Numbered from the stretch's first letter, positions 10,124 to 20,748 are shown. The stretch: DNA of 64,000 nucleotides from Myxococcota bacterium (GCA_041611735.1 JBFIML010000016.1:1-64000), one strand, 5' to 3'. Notes: generated from the letters alone by a model not told the origin. A program made the numbers and translations.

Positions 10124-11500
10124 TCAGCCCCGGAGCATCGGCAGCACCAGGGTCGCGAGGCTCAGCACGAAGAAGAAGCCGCACATGTCGGTCACGGTGG
10201 TGAGGACCGGGCCCGAGGCCAGCGCCGGATCGTAGCCGAGCCGCTTGATGAGGAGCGGCACGGTGCCTCCGATCGAGACCGCCACCACCGTGTTCAGCGC
10301 CAGGGCGGCTCCCACCACGAACCCGAGGGTGGGGTTGCCCTTCCAGAGCACCGCCACCGACGCCAGCAGGAGGCCCAGGGCGAGCCCGTTCAGGCAGCCC
10401 ACCAGGATCTCCTTGGTCCAGACCCGCATCGCCTCGGTGGGCCGCGTCACCCCGAGTGCCAGCTCGCGCAGGCTCACCGCCACCGCCTGGTTGCCCGAGC
10501 AGCCGCTCATGTCCGAGATGATGGGCAGGAAGACCGCCAGGGCGATGACGGCCTGCAGGGTGTCCTGGTAGAGGGCGATCACGCTTGCCGCCACCACGTT
10601 CAGCACGATGTTGATGGACAGCCAGGAGAGGCGCCGGGCCGAGCGCGTGAGCACCGGCATGGAGCGCAGCTCCTCACCGCCCACGATGCCGCGCGCCTTG
10701 AGCTGGTTCGCCTCGGCGCGCTGCACCCGGGCCGCGTCCACGTCCTGGCGGCGCAGGATTCCGACCAGCATCTTGCCGTCCGCCACCACCGGGAGGCCGA
10801 GAAAGGCGTGGCGATCGAACAGCTCGAAGAGCTCGTCGAGGCTCGCATCGGCGCGGACGCACACCGGGTCCCGGATCAGGATCGACGCGATGGAACGGTC
10901 GCCGCGCGCCAGCAGCAGGTCGCGCAGGGGCACGACGCCCCGCAGCGCTCCGTCGGGCCCGGCGGCATACACGTACTGGACCACGTAGCCCGCGTAGCGC
11001 TCCACGTGGGTGCGCAGGTGCGACACCACCTCCTGCACGGTGGCGTCCTCCGGGACGGCCACGTACTCGGTGACCATGAGCCCGCCGGCACTCTCCGGCG
11101 GGTACTGGAGCAGGGTGCGGACGGACTCCGCCGTCTCGGGGGTCGCCTCGGCCAGGATGGCTTCGGCCTCGTGGGCCTCGAGCTGGCCGAGCAGGTCCGC
11201 CCGCGCGTCGCTTCCGAGCTCTTCGAGGATCCCGGCCGCCGCCTGGGGCGCGAGCTCGCCCATGGCCTCGGCGGCGTAGGCCTCCGGAAGCGACGCCACC
11301 ACCTCGGCGGCCCGCTCCGGGTCGAGCAACGCCAGCACCTCGCCGCGCTCCTCGGGCGCCAGGTGGGCGAAGGCGTGCACGCGGTCCGCCTCCGGGAGCG
11401 CGTCCACCTGCTGGCGCAGGGACGTGGCGTCGCCGCGGCGCGCCAGCTCGAGCAGGGACTCCCAGGGCTTGCTCTCGGCCAGGGCTTCGGGCTCCGCCAC
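10124..11500 (-). CDS. mgtE: Magnesium transporter MgtE
   Basis: MgtE N-domain, [13 protein letters not shown] pair, and TM region with SGCSGNQ and [18 protein letters not shown] at 11500 with a GGAGG RBS. Confidence 0.93.
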   Translation of the reverse strand: MAEPEALAESKPWESLLELARRGDATSLRQQVDALPEADRVHAFAHLAPEERGEVLALLDPERAAEVVASLPEAYAAEAMGELAPQAAAGILEELGSDARADLLGQLEAHEAEAILAEATPETAESVRTLLQYPPESAGGLMVTEYVAVPEDATVQEVVSHLRTHVERYAGYVVQYVYAAGPDGALRGVVPLRDLLLARGDRSIASILIRDPVCVRADASLDELFELFDRHAFLGLPVVADGKMLVGILRRQDVDAARVQRAEANQLKARGIVGGEELRSMPVLTRSARRLSWLSINIVLNVVAASVIALYQDTLQAVIALAVFLPIISDMSGCSGNQAVAVSLRELALGVTRPTEAMRVWTKEILVGCLNGLALGLLLASVAVLWKGNPTLGFVVGAALALNTVVAVSIGGTVPLLIKRLGYDPALASGPVLTTVTDMCGFFFVLSLATLVLPMLRG

Positions 11501-11793
11501 GGATGCCTCCACGCCCTCCGGCCGCTGGCGCGGGGGCGGCTCGTAACCGGGCGCCGTCCGGCGCCGGCCTTCCCCGGGCGGTCGGCAGGCCGGGGCGCAA
11601 ACCGGAGCGTCTCGTGGGGGGGGAGCGGGGCGACGCCGGGCGCTGCGCTCCTTCTCCGACGACGTCGCCCCTCTGTATATCCGCGGTTCTGGCCCCCGCA
11701 AGTGGGCGGCTCGGGCGGCCACTCGCCGCGCCCTTTACAGCCTCCGTGGGACTGAGCCACCCTCTGGCGACGCACGCTCCAGGCGGGTCCACC

Positions 11794-14232
11794 ATGAGCC
11801 GTCTACGGACGCTCGACCGGGTCCTCCTCGGGGTCCTGGTCCCCGTTTGGTCCGTCTGCTTCGTGCTCCACATCCATCGGAACCTGACCGATCGCCTGTT
11901 CGCAGCGCCGATCTACGTCTCCGCATCCGAATCTCCCAAGGCTTATCCGCGCCTCGATGCTCAGCATCCATTTGTCATCTCCGCTTTCGCAGAACTTCTT
12001 GATGGCGACACCTTGGTTCGCGTGGGCGAACGCGATCTCACCGGCGTCGGACCGTTCTGGTTCGAGATGTACCTACTGGAGCAAGCAGGCAAGCACGGTC
12101 CAACTAGCGTAGAGCTGGGCGTCCTCCGTCAGGGCCAAGAACTCACGCAGAGCATCTCGCTTCGACCGTGGCTATTCACTTGGCGCTATCTGCCCCTAAG
12201 CCTGGCCTTCGCGGGCATGGGTGTACTCGTTCTGCTCCGCGCGCCAGGCCTCGCTGTGTCACGACCCTTCTTCCTAGCCAGTACGATCTACAGTCTTCTA
12301 TGGCTGCGTTGGGGACCGGGCTCCATCTGGAGCAACATCGCCACGATCGGCTCGATTGCTTTCGCGTTGGGGGCCGCACCTCCCCTTGCGCTTCGCGCAG
12401 CGATACTGCTTCCTGAGCGTCGTTTGCGTCACCCCGGTTGGGCGAGGATATTGCCTTGGTCCTTCGCCCTGCTCGCCCCCGCCTACCTCAGCTATAGCTG
12501 GAGCATCCTCATACCGTCCCGTCCTGCCGGTCGACTCACCGCCCTGCTCTGGGTCGCCTTCGGCACCGCCCTACTGGTCGTCTTGAGCCGCGGCTACTAT
12601 CTTGCGGACCCGATCGGTCGCCGTCGTATCAAGTGGTTTCTCTACGGATTCTGGGTCGGGGCTCTTCCCGTGATCGTTGCGGATGTTTGGGGCATCGTGG
12701 ACCCCCGTTACTGGTGGGTGGCGTCCGCGATGTCCATCACTCTGATGCTCATTCCCATCTGCTGTTTCCTCGCCATCGTCCGCTACAACTTTCTCGACAT
12801 CGATCGCGCCATCAGCGTCACAGCCTCGTACACGCTCCTCTCGGTGCTCGCCGTAGCGGGCCTGCTCGCCCTGATGCCGCGAGCGAGCCAGGCCGCCAGC
12901 ACGATGCTGGGCATCGAGTCCGAGATGACCCACCTGGTGATCGCCTTGATCCTCGCCGGCATCGTTGTGCCCGCCCATCGTCGCCTCCGCCCCTGGCTGG
13001 ACCGCATCTTCTTTGCAGAGCGATACCGCCTTGAGCAGGGCGTCGAACGGCTGTTGCGCGAACTTGCGACCTGTGCGGACATGCCTGCAGTGGTGTCGCT
13101 CGTTGCAGACCGCATTCAGGCTCTTGTTCCGTGCGAGAGCTGCGCCGTCTACGTACGGGCCACGGAGACGTTCGTCCTCGCCTCGGCGCGTGGCCGCGGC
13201 ATTCCGCCGGCCCTCTCGGCAAGCTCCGCGTGGACGCAGCTCGCCGGCCGAACGACCCCGGTCGGGCTGCTCCAGAAGGATGGCCGAGAACTCGCACGGG
13301 CACTCCCCCCAGCGGATGCAGCCGCCCTCGCCTCCTTCGGTGCTGGTGTCTTGATTCCCCTCCAGCAGGGAGAGGAGCTCGCAGCACTCGTCTGCATTGG
13401 CTCCAAGCTCTCGGGCGACGTATTCACAGCCACGGATCGCGCCCTGTTCGCGGCTGTGGCCGAACGCGCCTCCTCAACGCTCGTAGGCTTCGATCAACGT
13501 GAGACGCTGGAGCAGGCCCGCTCCATGCAGGCCGCGTTGCGGCGTTATGTTCCGGGCGCGGTTGCAGAAGAAATCGAACGACAAGCAGACCTGGTGGAGG
13601 GGCCCCGCGAGGTCTCGGTGCTGTTCGTGGACATCCGCTCCTACACGAGTCTCGCGGAGTTGTATCCGATCGAAGAGATCTTCTCGACCGTCAATCGCTA
13701 TACGAAAGCCGTCTCGGAGGTGGTCCGCCGCCACGGGGGCAGCGTAGTGGAGTTCCATGGCGACGGACTGATGGCGGTGTTTGGGGCTCCGCGTACGGTA
13801 CCGCACAAGGAGGCTTCGGCCGTGACCGCGGCACGCGAGGTCGTGTCGCTGGTGGAGACGGAGTTCTTGGTCACGGCGCGCGATACGACGTCCGTTCCGC
13901 TCACGGTGGGCGTTGGCATCGCTACAGGCGACGCCTTCGTAGGAAACATCCGCGCCGTGGATCGCGACATCTGGAGCGTGATCGGGAACACGACGAATCT
14001 CGCCGCTCGGCTTCAGGCCTTGACGCGAGAGCTGGACGCGTGGATCGCGATCGATGCGACCACACACCGTCGTGCTGAGCGAGCGGCGGCCGACTTCGAG
14101 CTGAACTGCGACCTCTTGATCCGAGGTCTTTCCGGGACGCTGGATGTTTTCGCCCTATCGCGTGCGAAGAAACCGGAGTCACTTGAGAGAGGGTGTCGTG
14201 CTGCGCTCGTCAGTCCTCCAGCGGGTCGATGA
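11794..14232 (+). CDS. Multi-pass membrane class III nucleotide cyclase (periplasmic PDZ-like loop, multiple TMs, GAF, cyclase domain)
   Basis: VLFVDIRSYT, EFHGDGLMAVFG and IGNTTNLAARLQ. The GAF-like region ends GSKLSGDVFTATD. ATG at 11794. Confidence 0.88.
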   Translation: MSRLRTLDRVLLGVLVPVWSVCFVLHIHRNLTDRLFAAPIYVSASESPKAYPRLDAQHPFVISAFAELLDGDTLVRVGERDLTGVGPFWFEMYLLEQAGKHGPTSVELGVLRQGQELTQSISLRPWLFTWRYLPLSLAFAGMGVLVLLRAPGLAVSRPFFLASTIYSLLWLRWGPGSIWSNIATIGSIAFALGAAPPLALRAAILLPERRLRHPGWARILPWSFALLAPAYLSYSWSILIPSRPAGRLTALLWVAFGTALLVVLSRGYYLADPIGRRRIKWFLYGFWVGALPVIVADVWGIVDPRYWWVASAMSITLMLIPICCFLAIVRYNFLDIDRAISVTASYTLLSVLAVAGLLALMPRASQAASTMLGIESEMTHLVIALILAGIVVPAHRRLRPWLDRIFFAERYRLEQGVERLLRELATCADMPAVVSLVADRIQALVPCESCAVYVRATETFVLASARGRGIPPALSASSAWTQLAGRTTPVGLLQKDGRELARALPPADAAALASFGAGVLIPLQQGEELAALVCIGSKLSGDVFTATDRALFAAVAERASSTLVGFDQRETLEQARSMQAALRRYVPGAVAEEIERQADLVEGPREVSVLFVDIRSYTSLAELYPIEEIFSTVNRYTKAVSEVVRRHGGSVVEFHGDGLMAVFGAPRTVPHKEASAVTAAREVVSLVETEFLVTARDTTSVPLTVGVGIATGDAFVGNIRAVDRDIWSVIGNTTNLAARLQALTRELDAWIAIDATTHRRAERAAADFELNCDLLIRGLSGTLDVFALSRAKKPESLERGCRAALVSPPAGR

Positions 14233-16585
14233 TGACGGGAGGGCCCACCCCCAAGGCCGACCGGAGCAGGCGGATTCGTTGCGTGAGCGCCTCGGGTGCC
14301 ACCTGGGGGCAGAAGTGCCCCTCGAACTGGAACATGCAGCCAGGAGTAGCAGGCAAAGCGGGAATTCCTGCTGGCACGAACTGGTAGAATGCGGCGCTCG
14401 TCGAGCCGTTGACGTTTCCGATGAGAGGTGACCTCGCCACGTCGAGCATGGGAACGGATTCGCGGATTGGCAGCAGGTGGGGGATTGGGCCCAAGGCCCA
14501 AGCCAAGGATCGTGTGGCGTTGTTGGGTACGAAGCTGTCGCCGATGCCCTCGGTGAGCAGGATGCTCGCCCGGCTAACGTCACCGACGTTGAGAGGGTAG
14601 CGGTATAGAAAGGGCGCGTGGTTGTGGGAGTCCTGTCCGTCGAAACCCATTTGGAAGAGAGCGAACCCGTACCAGATCTCGGCCGGGCTCAAGGTGGAGA
14701 AGAAGAGCGGCAGGAACGTCAGGAAGCTGTCGGCTGCCTGATGCAGCAGGATTTCGACGAAGCGTCCCGCGCCGGCTACCAGCGCAGCCGCGCGAATCTC
14801 GGGAGCGTACGGCAAGAGCGCGGGGCCATGGACCGCCCCGTTGCTGATGCCCACGTAGCTGAGCGAGGCCGTCAGGTCGAGGTCCGGAACGCCGTCCCCG
14901 AGCGGGCGGCCGGCTGCATCGAGGGGGAGCACGTCAAGAGCGCCGAACGTGCCGATCAGGCGCAGGAAGTCGAGCTGCTCTGCGTTCGCCATGGCGTGGA
15001 AGTCGGGGATCTTCTGGGAGGTGAGGAGTCCGAAAATCAACGCCTGGGCCTGAAGCGAGCCCGCGAGCCCGAAGTCGGTGACGCCTGGGGTGACCTCACG
15101 ATTGATCGGATCCGTGAATCCAACGACGGCGAAACCCTCCTGCGCTAGTGTCGTGCCCTGCTTGGAGGGCTGGCCGCCGGCGGCGAAGGGAACTTCTCGT
15201 TCGGCGCTGCCTGGGTTGCCATGTTGATAGATGACCATGGGTGCTGGGGCATCGCGGGCAGTATGCGGAAGCGCCAGGACAAAGGGCACGTCTTTGGTTC
15301 CGGTCTGGATCGGAAGCCCCCGATCGTCGCGCGCGAAGTTCCGGCCGACGCGCCACTCGAAGGCTTTCCACGTGCCGTACACGATGGCGCCGACGCCGGG
15401 AAGCGAAGAGGGCACGACGGACCCGATGCGGAAGGTCGGGGGCGGGGCATTCATGAGGGTGCTTCGGATCGTTAGGAGGTCCTGCGGGATGCCGTCGTCG
15501 CTGCGGATGGAGATGCGAAGCGCTAGGGCCACCTGGGCCGTCGCAATCGGAACGGCGGCGTGGCGGCTCAGCGCGTCGAGCACTTCTTGCGTCAGGTGGC
15601 GCGCCTGGGTTGCCTGCGGTGTTTCCCCGATGGACGCTGGTCCGAGCAGCTTTGCGAAGCTCGGTGACGGATCGAAAGGGCGACTCGGATCGGCGACCGC
15701 TCGCCGCGTTACGACGAGGCCATAGCTCTTTCCTGGCGTTAGCGGGACTGCCGGAAAGATCAGCATGACGTGAGAGGTCCTGACCTCACCGAACACGGTA
15801 ATCGTGTCGCTCCGCAACTTCGCTTCGAAGGGGATGCGCGCACCATGATTCAGGCCGGCTGGATCCAGGTCGAAGAGGCCCACGCTGGCTAGCGGATCTA
15901 GAGAGTCCTGCACGGTGGTCGGCAGGGAGCTGGGATCGGGTCGGTCGGAGAACTCGACCACGAGATGGGCGATGGGGCTGAATCCATCCAGGCGATTGGC
16001 CAGCCCGACGAGTGACGTGAATAGCGCGCGGTCGAGTTCGCCCGGAACGGCAGGTACCTCGAGGTGAACCCGCGAGCCCGTTGCCGTGCGCGCGTCTTGC
16101 ACAAGCCAGATGTCATCCGGGAAGGGGGTGACGCCGCGTGGGTTCTCGCGATCGTAGATGACGTGCGCGGGAGCGCCGCGCCCCGCGGTGGAGAAGACAA
16201 GCTCGCGGTGAGCTTGGGGACCGGGGGGTTGCCCGAGCCAACGGACCACGCATTGGGCGGCGGCAGGCAGGTCGACTTCGGGAAGGAGCACGAGACTCCT
16301 GCCGTTCAAACTGAAGCTTTTCGTCGTGACTTTCTTATTTCCGCAACGCAGCCAGGTGAGCGGGTGAGACGGGAGGAACTCGAAGTCGAGGCGAATCAAT
16401 GCCGTGCGCGGAACGTTCACGGCGCCTTGGGCGGGATTGCTCGAGACCAGGGGCGGGAATCGATTGGACCAGCGGGCACCAGCCGCGGCCAAACAGAGTG
16501 AGAGCAAGAGCGCGATCCGGCCGTATCCCAAGGCCACGGAGGCGATTCGCGGGCCGGAGAACAGTCTCGCCACGAAAGAGACCAT
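14210..16585 (-). CDS. Secreted Ig-like (Big_5/SbsA) domain plus alpha/beta-hydrolase (lipase-like) protein
   Basis: Signal peptide, then an Ig-like start PPLVSSNPAQGAVNVP. PFPDD..LDGFSP resembles the lipase N-domain. Also IYQHG, the GISNG nucleophile elbow, D in GIGDSFVP and H in EGHFC. Confidence 0.75.
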   Translation of the reverse strand: MVSFVARLFSGPRIASVALGYGRIALLLSLCLAAAGARWSNRFPPLVSSNPAQGAVNVPRTALIRLDFEFLPSHPLTWLRCGNKKVTTKSFSLNGRSLVLLPEVDLPAAAQCVVRWLGQPPGPQAHRELVFSTAGRGAPAHVIYDRENPRGVTPFPDDIWLVQDARTATGSRVHLEVPAVPGELDRALFTSLVGLANRLDGFSPIAHLVVEFSDRPDPSSLPTTVQDSLDPLASVGLFDLDPAGLNHGARIPFEAKLRSDTITVFGEVRTSHVMLIFPAVPLTPGKSYGLVVTRRAVADPSRPFDPSPSFAKLLGPASIGETPQATQARHLTQEVLDALSRHAAVPIATAQVALALRISIRSDDGIPQDLLTIRSTLMNAPPPTFRIGSVVPSSLPGVGAIVYGTWKAFEWRVGRNFARDDRGLPIQTGTKDVPFVLALPHTARDAPAPMVIYQHGNPGSAEREVPFAAGGQPSKQGTTLAQEGFAVVGFTDPINREVTPGVTDFGLAGSLQAQALIFGLLTSQKIPDFHAMANAEQLDFLRLIGTFGALDVLPLDAAGRPLGDGVPDLDLTASLSYVGISNGAVHGPALLPYAPEIRAAALVAGAGRFVEILLHQAADSFLTFLPLFFSTLSPAEIWYGFALFQMGFDGQDSHNHAPFLYRYPLNVGDVSRASILLTEGIGDSFVPNNATRSLAWALGPIPHLLPIRESVPMLDVARSPLIGNVNGSTSAAFYQFVPAGIPALPATPGCMFQFEGHFCPQVAPEALTQRIRLLRSALGVGPPVIIDPLED

Positions 16586-16606
16586 CCCGCTCTGGTTGCG
16601 GCAAGG

Positions 16607-16637
16607 ATTCTCGCACGTTGGCGGGTGGGCTTGTCAA
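16607..16637 (-). promoter_or_regulatory. Possible sigma70 promoter for the Ig/lipase gene
   Basis: Minus strand TTGACA (16637-16632), 19-nt spacer, TG-n-GAGAAT (16612-16607), about 21 nt before the ATG. The spacer is long. Confidence 0.3.
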
Positions 16638-16651
16638 GCGTCGTGGCTGGG

Positions 16652-17713
16652 GTGGTGCCAACGTTCGCCAGTCTCGTCCCGAGACGCAGGCGCTACCTTC
16701 CCCCGGTGCCCGCGCTCCCGGACCCCTTCCTCGTCGAGGACTTCGAGCCCGCCGGCCGGCGCCTGCCCGCCCCGCTGCTCGCCGCCCGGGTCGAGGCGGG
16801 CCTGCGCGAGCTGGCCGATTGCCGCGCCTGCCCGCGCAACTGCCGGGTGAACCGTCTGGCCGGAGAGACGCGCGTCTGCCACACGGGTCGCGACGCCGTG
16901 GTCTCGAGCGCCTTCCCCCACTTCGGCGAGGAGGACTGCCTGCGGGGCTGGCGCGGCTCCGGGACGATCTTCTTCGGCCTCTGCAACCTGCGCTGCGTCT
17001 TCTGCCAGAACTGGGACATCTCCCAGCAGCGCCAGGGTCGCCCGAGGACCGCCACCGAGATCGCCGGCACCATGCTGGCCCTCCAGGATGCGGGCTGTCA
17101 CAACGTGAACTTCGTGACTCCCGAGCACGTGGTCCACCAGGTGATCGAGGCCATCGCCGCCGCCGTGCCGCGCGGCTTCCGCCTGCCCATCGTCTACAAC
17201 ACGAGCGCCTACGACGCGCTCGGCTCCCTGCGTCTCCTGGACGGCCTCGTGGACGTCTACATGCCGGACTTCAAGTTCTGGAGCCGCGAGTCGGCGCGCC
17301 GCTACGCCCGGGCCAAGGACTATCCGGAGCGCGCCCGCGAGGCGATCCAGGAGATGCACCGGCAGGTGGGTCCGCTCCGCTTCGGGCCCGACGGACTGGC
17401 GAAACGAGGTGTCCTGGTGCGGCACCTGGTCATGCCCGGCCTGCTGGCGGAGAGCGCCGCCATCTTCGACTGGCTGGTCCGGGAGATCTCCCCGGACACC
17501 TACGTGAACGTGATGGGCCAGTACCGGCCGGGGTACCAGGTCGGCGCGATCGCCCGGGACGGCAGGCCCAAGCACCCGGAGATCGATCGCCGACTCACGG
17601 CGGCCGAGCTCGCCGCCGCCCACGAGGCAGCCCGCCGCGCCGGCCTCTGGCGTCTCGACGCGCGGAGGCCCGACCCGCGTCTGGCGGATGCCCGGCCCGT
17701 GCGCGTTCTGTGA
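16652..17713 (+). CDS. Radical SAM protein, PflX-like
   Basis: CRACPRNCRVNR, HFGEEDCLRG..GSGTIFF, CNLRCVFCQN, YMPDFKF and VRHLVMPG. Start approximate. Confidence 0.88.
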   Translation: MVPTFASLVPRRRRYLPPVPALPDPFLVEDFEPAGRRLPAPLLAARVEAGLRELADCRACPRNCRVNRLAGETRVCHTGRDAVVSSAFPHFGEEDCLRGWRGSGTIFFGLCNLRCVFCQNWDISQQRQGRPRTATEIAGTMLALQDAGCHNVNFVTPEHVVHQVIEAIAAAVPRGFRLPIVYNTSAYDALGSLRLLDGLVDVYMPDFKFWSRESARRYARAKDYPERAREAIQEMHRQVGPLRFGPDGLAKRGVLVRHLVMPGLLAESAAIFDWLVREISPDTYVNVMGQYRPGYQVGAIARDGRPKHPEIDRRLTAAELAAAHEAARRAGLWRLDARRPDPRLADARPVRVL

Positions 17714-17720
17714 CTTCGGG

Positions 17721-18104
17721 CTAGCGCAGCTCCGCGGGGGCGAAGCGGTACGTCGTGTGGCGGTCCACCGAGAAGAGCAGCAGCCAGCGCTTCTGCTCGA
17801 CGAAGCTTACCTCGTAGCGGTCCACGGCCCGGCGGCGCGCGTAGCGGCCGTCGGCGTAGCGGGCCACCTGGAAGGCCAGGGCCGCCTGCTCGGCGGGAGA
17901 CAGGGCCAGGCGCTCGGGATCCTCGAGGCCGATGCGCAGCTCGCGCTGTCCGCCCTCCACCGAGAGGTGCAAGCTCCCCTCGCCGTACTCCTCCACCAGG
18001 GCCTGGCGCAGCGTCCAGAGGTCCGAGAGCTCGCCGCAGGCGAGGCCGGCCGCGGTGACGGCCGCGGCGAGGAGCACCCCGGCCCGGCGGCTTCGCGCGC
18101 TCAC
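17721..18104 (-). CDS. Hypothetical lipoprotein
   Basis: MSARSRRAGVLLAAAVTAAGLAC lipobox. GTG overlaps the upstream stop. Confidence 0.65.
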   Translation of the reverse strand: MSARSRRAGVLLAAAVTAAGLACGELSDLWTLRQALVEEYGEGSLHLSVEGGQRELRIGLEDPERLALSPAEQAALAFQVARYADGRYARRRAVDRYEVSFVEQKRWLLLFSVDRHTTYRFAPAELR

Positions 18105-18667
18105 GCGCCGAAGCTCCGCATGGCGGCGTGCATCGCCAGGCCGCCCACCACGAAGGGTGCCGTCCAGAGGGCCAGCAGGACGAGCCGCACGCCCAGGGTC
18201 CGGGGCTCGAAGCGCAGCAACAGGTACAGGGGCACCGAGACCACCCACAGCACCACGTTGGAGAGTGCCCACAGGAAGCGGCGGCGCATCAGGGCGTGCA
18301 ACGCCGCGGCCAGGGTCACCGCCATCCACGGGATCCCGGCGGCCAGGAAACCCATCCCCCAGCTGTCCATCCACGCCTCGATCGCCTGCAGGTCGGCCTC
18401 GGCGAAGCGACCCTGAGCACCGGCCACGATGCGCTCCTGCACCCGCTCGTTCACGGCGGCCACACCCCCGACCACCCCGGGCCGGTCCGACAGCTCCACG
18501 CGCTCCGCCTCGTCCCGGTAACGCTTCGGCACGCTGGGGGCGTTGTCCGTGAAGTGGACGACGCCGCGCTCGTCGGTCCAGCGCCAGGCCTCACCGGCCG
18601 CCGGGGCGGACGAGACGGCGAGTGCCAGGCAGGCGGCGCCGGCGAGGATCGCTGCGCGTGCTCCCAT
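18101..18667 (-). CDS. DUF4124 domain protein with C-terminal membrane helices
   Basis: Signal peptide, WRWTDERGVVHFTDN (DUF4124), then about three TM helices. Confidence 0.75.
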   Translation of the reverse strand: MGARAAILAGAACLALAVSSAPAAGEAWRWTDERGVVHFTDNAPSVPKRYRDEAERVELSDRPGVVGGVAAVNERVQERIVAGAQGRFAEADLQAIEAWMDSWGMGFLAAGIPWMAVTLAAALHALMRRRFLWALSNVVLWVVSVPLYLLLRFEPRTLGVRLVLLALWTAPFVVGGLAMHAAMRSFGA

Positions 18668-18769
18668 CTCCGGCCTCCGCTGGTTCCTCGCCTCCGGATC
18701 GTCGGTCCGGGAGCCCGGCTGAAGCCAGGCCGGATCGGGTACCCTGAGCGGGCCTGCGGGAGGACCCCC

Positions 18770-19825
18770 ATGCCGTACCGCGTCATCCAGTGGAGCACGG
18801 GCAACGTGGGCCACTTCGCCCTGCGCGCCATCCTCTCCCACCCGGAGCTCGAGCTGGCCGGGGTCTGGGTGCACTCGGAGAAGAAGGCCGGGCGCGACGC
18901 GGGCGAGCTGTGTGGCCTCGCGCCCGTGGGCGTGGTCGCCACCCACGACACCGACGCGCTGCTCGAGAGCGACGCCGACTGCGTCTGCTACACGGCCACC
19001 GCGGATCTGCGGCCCGGTGAGGCCGTCGCCGACATGGCGCGCCTGCTCGCCTCCGGCAAGAACGTGGTTTCGAGCTCGGTGGTGGGCCTGGTGCATCCCA
19101 AGACCCTGAACCCCGATTTCACCGCGCAGCTCGAGCAGGCCTGCCACCAGGGCGGGACCTCCTTCTTCACCTCCGGCATCGACCCGGGCTTCGCCAACGA
19201 CACGCTGCCCCTCGTCCTCTCGGGCCTGGCCGAGGGCTGGGACCAGGTGCGCATCCTGGAGATCATCAACTACGCCACCTACGACCAGCCCCAGGTGCTG
19301 TTCGACATCATGGGCTTCGGGAAGCCCCTGGACGCGAAGCCGCTGCTGCTCATGCCGGGAGTGCTCACCCAGGGCTGGGGCGGGACGCTGCGCCTGCTGG
19401 CCGAGGGGCTCGGCGTCAGCCTCGACGAGATTCGCGAGGTGCACGAGCGGAGGCCCGCCGAGCGAGCCATCCGGATCGGCGCGCACAGCGTGGAGCCCGG
19501 CACCACTGGCGCGCTCCGCTTCGAGGTGCAGGGGATCGTGGGCGGCCGGCCCCGCCTGGTGGTCGAGCACGTGACGCGCCTCGACGACGAGCTGGCCCCG
19601 GAGTGGCCGCGCGGGGCCGGCTACCGGGTCGTCATCTCCGGCTCGCCCCGCATCGTGTGCGACCTGCACATGGAGGACGAGTACGGCGACCACGCCGTGG
19701 GCGGCGTGGTGCTGACGGCCACGCGGCTCGTGAACGCGATCCCGGCCGTGTGCCAGGCCCGACCGGGCCTGCTCTCGGCCCTCGACCTCCCGCTCGTCGC
19801 GGGGCGGGGCCGGATGCGGGAGTGA
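18770..19825 (+). CDS. NAD(P)-dependent dihydrodipicolinate-reductase-like / amine dehydrogenase family protein
   Basis: MPYRVIQWSTGNVG, SGIDPGFAND and TATRLVNAIPAVC..PGL. Confidence 0.85.
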   Translation: MPYRVIQWSTGNVGHFALRAILSHPELELAGVWVHSEKKAGRDAGELCGLAPVGVVATHDTDALLESDADCVCYTATADLRPGEAVADMARLLASGKNVVSSSVVGLVHPKTLNPDFTAQLEQACHQGGTSFFTSGIDPGFANDTLPLVLSGLAEGWDQVRILEIINYATYDQPQVLFDIMGFGKPLDAKPLLLMPGVLTQGWGGTLRLLAEGLGVSLDEIREVHERRPAERAIRIGAHSVEPGTTGALRFEVQGIVGGRPRLVVEHVTRLDDELAPEWPRGAGYRVVISGSPRIVCDLHMEDEYGDHAVGGVVLTATRLVNAIPAVCQARPGLLSALDLPLVAGRGRMRE

Positions 19826-19830
19826 CGACC

Positions 19831-20742
19831 ATGCCCGAACTCATCCTCCACCACTACGAGATGTCCCCCTACGCCGAGAAGATCCGGCTGGTGATGGGAC
19901 TCAAGAACCTGCGCTGGCACTCGGTCCTGATCCCGATCGTGATGCCGAAGCCCGATCTCACCGAGCTCACGGGGGGCTACCGCCGCACGCCGACGCTCCA
20001 GATCGGTGCCGACGTCTACTGCGACACCAAGGGGATCGCGCGCGTCCTTGAGCGCCTGCACCCCGAGCCGAGTCTCCACCCGCCGGGCACGGAGGCGATC
20101 CTTCCGGGTCTCTCCCGCTGGGCAGAGACGAGCTTCATGATGGTGGTGACGATCCTGCTCGGGATGGGCGGCGTCTTCGACGAGGCCTTCCTGGAGGATC
20201 GCCGCAAGATGGTGCCGGGCGTCGACTTCGACAAGGCGAAGCTGCTGGTGCCCGCCAAGCGGCTGCAGCTGCAGGCCAACCTGGATCGGCTGGAGCAGCA
20301 GCTCGCCGACGGGCGCCGCTTCCTGCTGGGCGAGGCCCCGAGCCTGGCGGACCTCTCCGCCTACCATCCCCTGCTTCCGGTGCGTCTGCACCCGGCGCTG
20401 CGGCCCCTGCTCGAGCCCCTGCGCCGGCTGCCCGCCTGGATGGACCGGGTGTCCGGCATCGGCCACGGCAAGCGCGAGGAGATGGAGGCCGCCGAGGCGA
20501 TCGCCATCGCCGGCGACGCCCGCCCCGTCCCCTTCGCGGGCCAGCCGGCGCCCCTTCCGGAGGGTCTCGTCTACGGAGACCGGGTGGCGGTCTTCCCGGA
20601 GGAGCCGGGCTCCGGCAGCGTGGTGGGGGAGCTCCTGGCCTCGGACGTGCACGAGATCGCCGTGCGTCGGCACGCCGAGCGGGCCGGGGAGGTGGTGGTG
20701 CACTTCCCGCGCGAGGACTACCTGGTGGTGCGGGCGGCCTGA
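19831..20742 (+). CDS. Glutathione S-transferase family protein
   Basis: ILHHYEMSPYAEKIR, LTGGYRRTP, YCDT, SLADL and C-terminal VVHFPR. Confidence 0.9.
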   Translation: MPELILHHYEMSPYAEKIRLVMGLKNLRWHSVLIPIVMPKPDLTELTGGYRRTPTLQIGADVYCDTKGIARVLERLHPEPSLHPPGTEAILPGLSRWAETSFMMVVTILLGMGGVFDEAFLEDRRKMVPGVDFDKAKLLVPAKRLQLQANLDRLEQQLADGRRFLLGEAPSLADLSAYHPLLPVRLHPALRPLLEPLRRLPAWMDRVSGIGHGKREEMEAAEAIAIAGDARPVPFAGQPAPLPEGLVYGDRVAVFPEEPGSGSVVGELLASDVHEIAVRRHAERAGEVVVHFPREDYLVVRAA

Positions 20743-20748
20743 GCGCCG

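Noticed and set aside
11501-11793. Possible Mg2+ (M-box) riboswitch upstream of mgtE
   Set aside because: No recognisable conserved M-box sequence or terminator by eye. An Rfam search would be needed.
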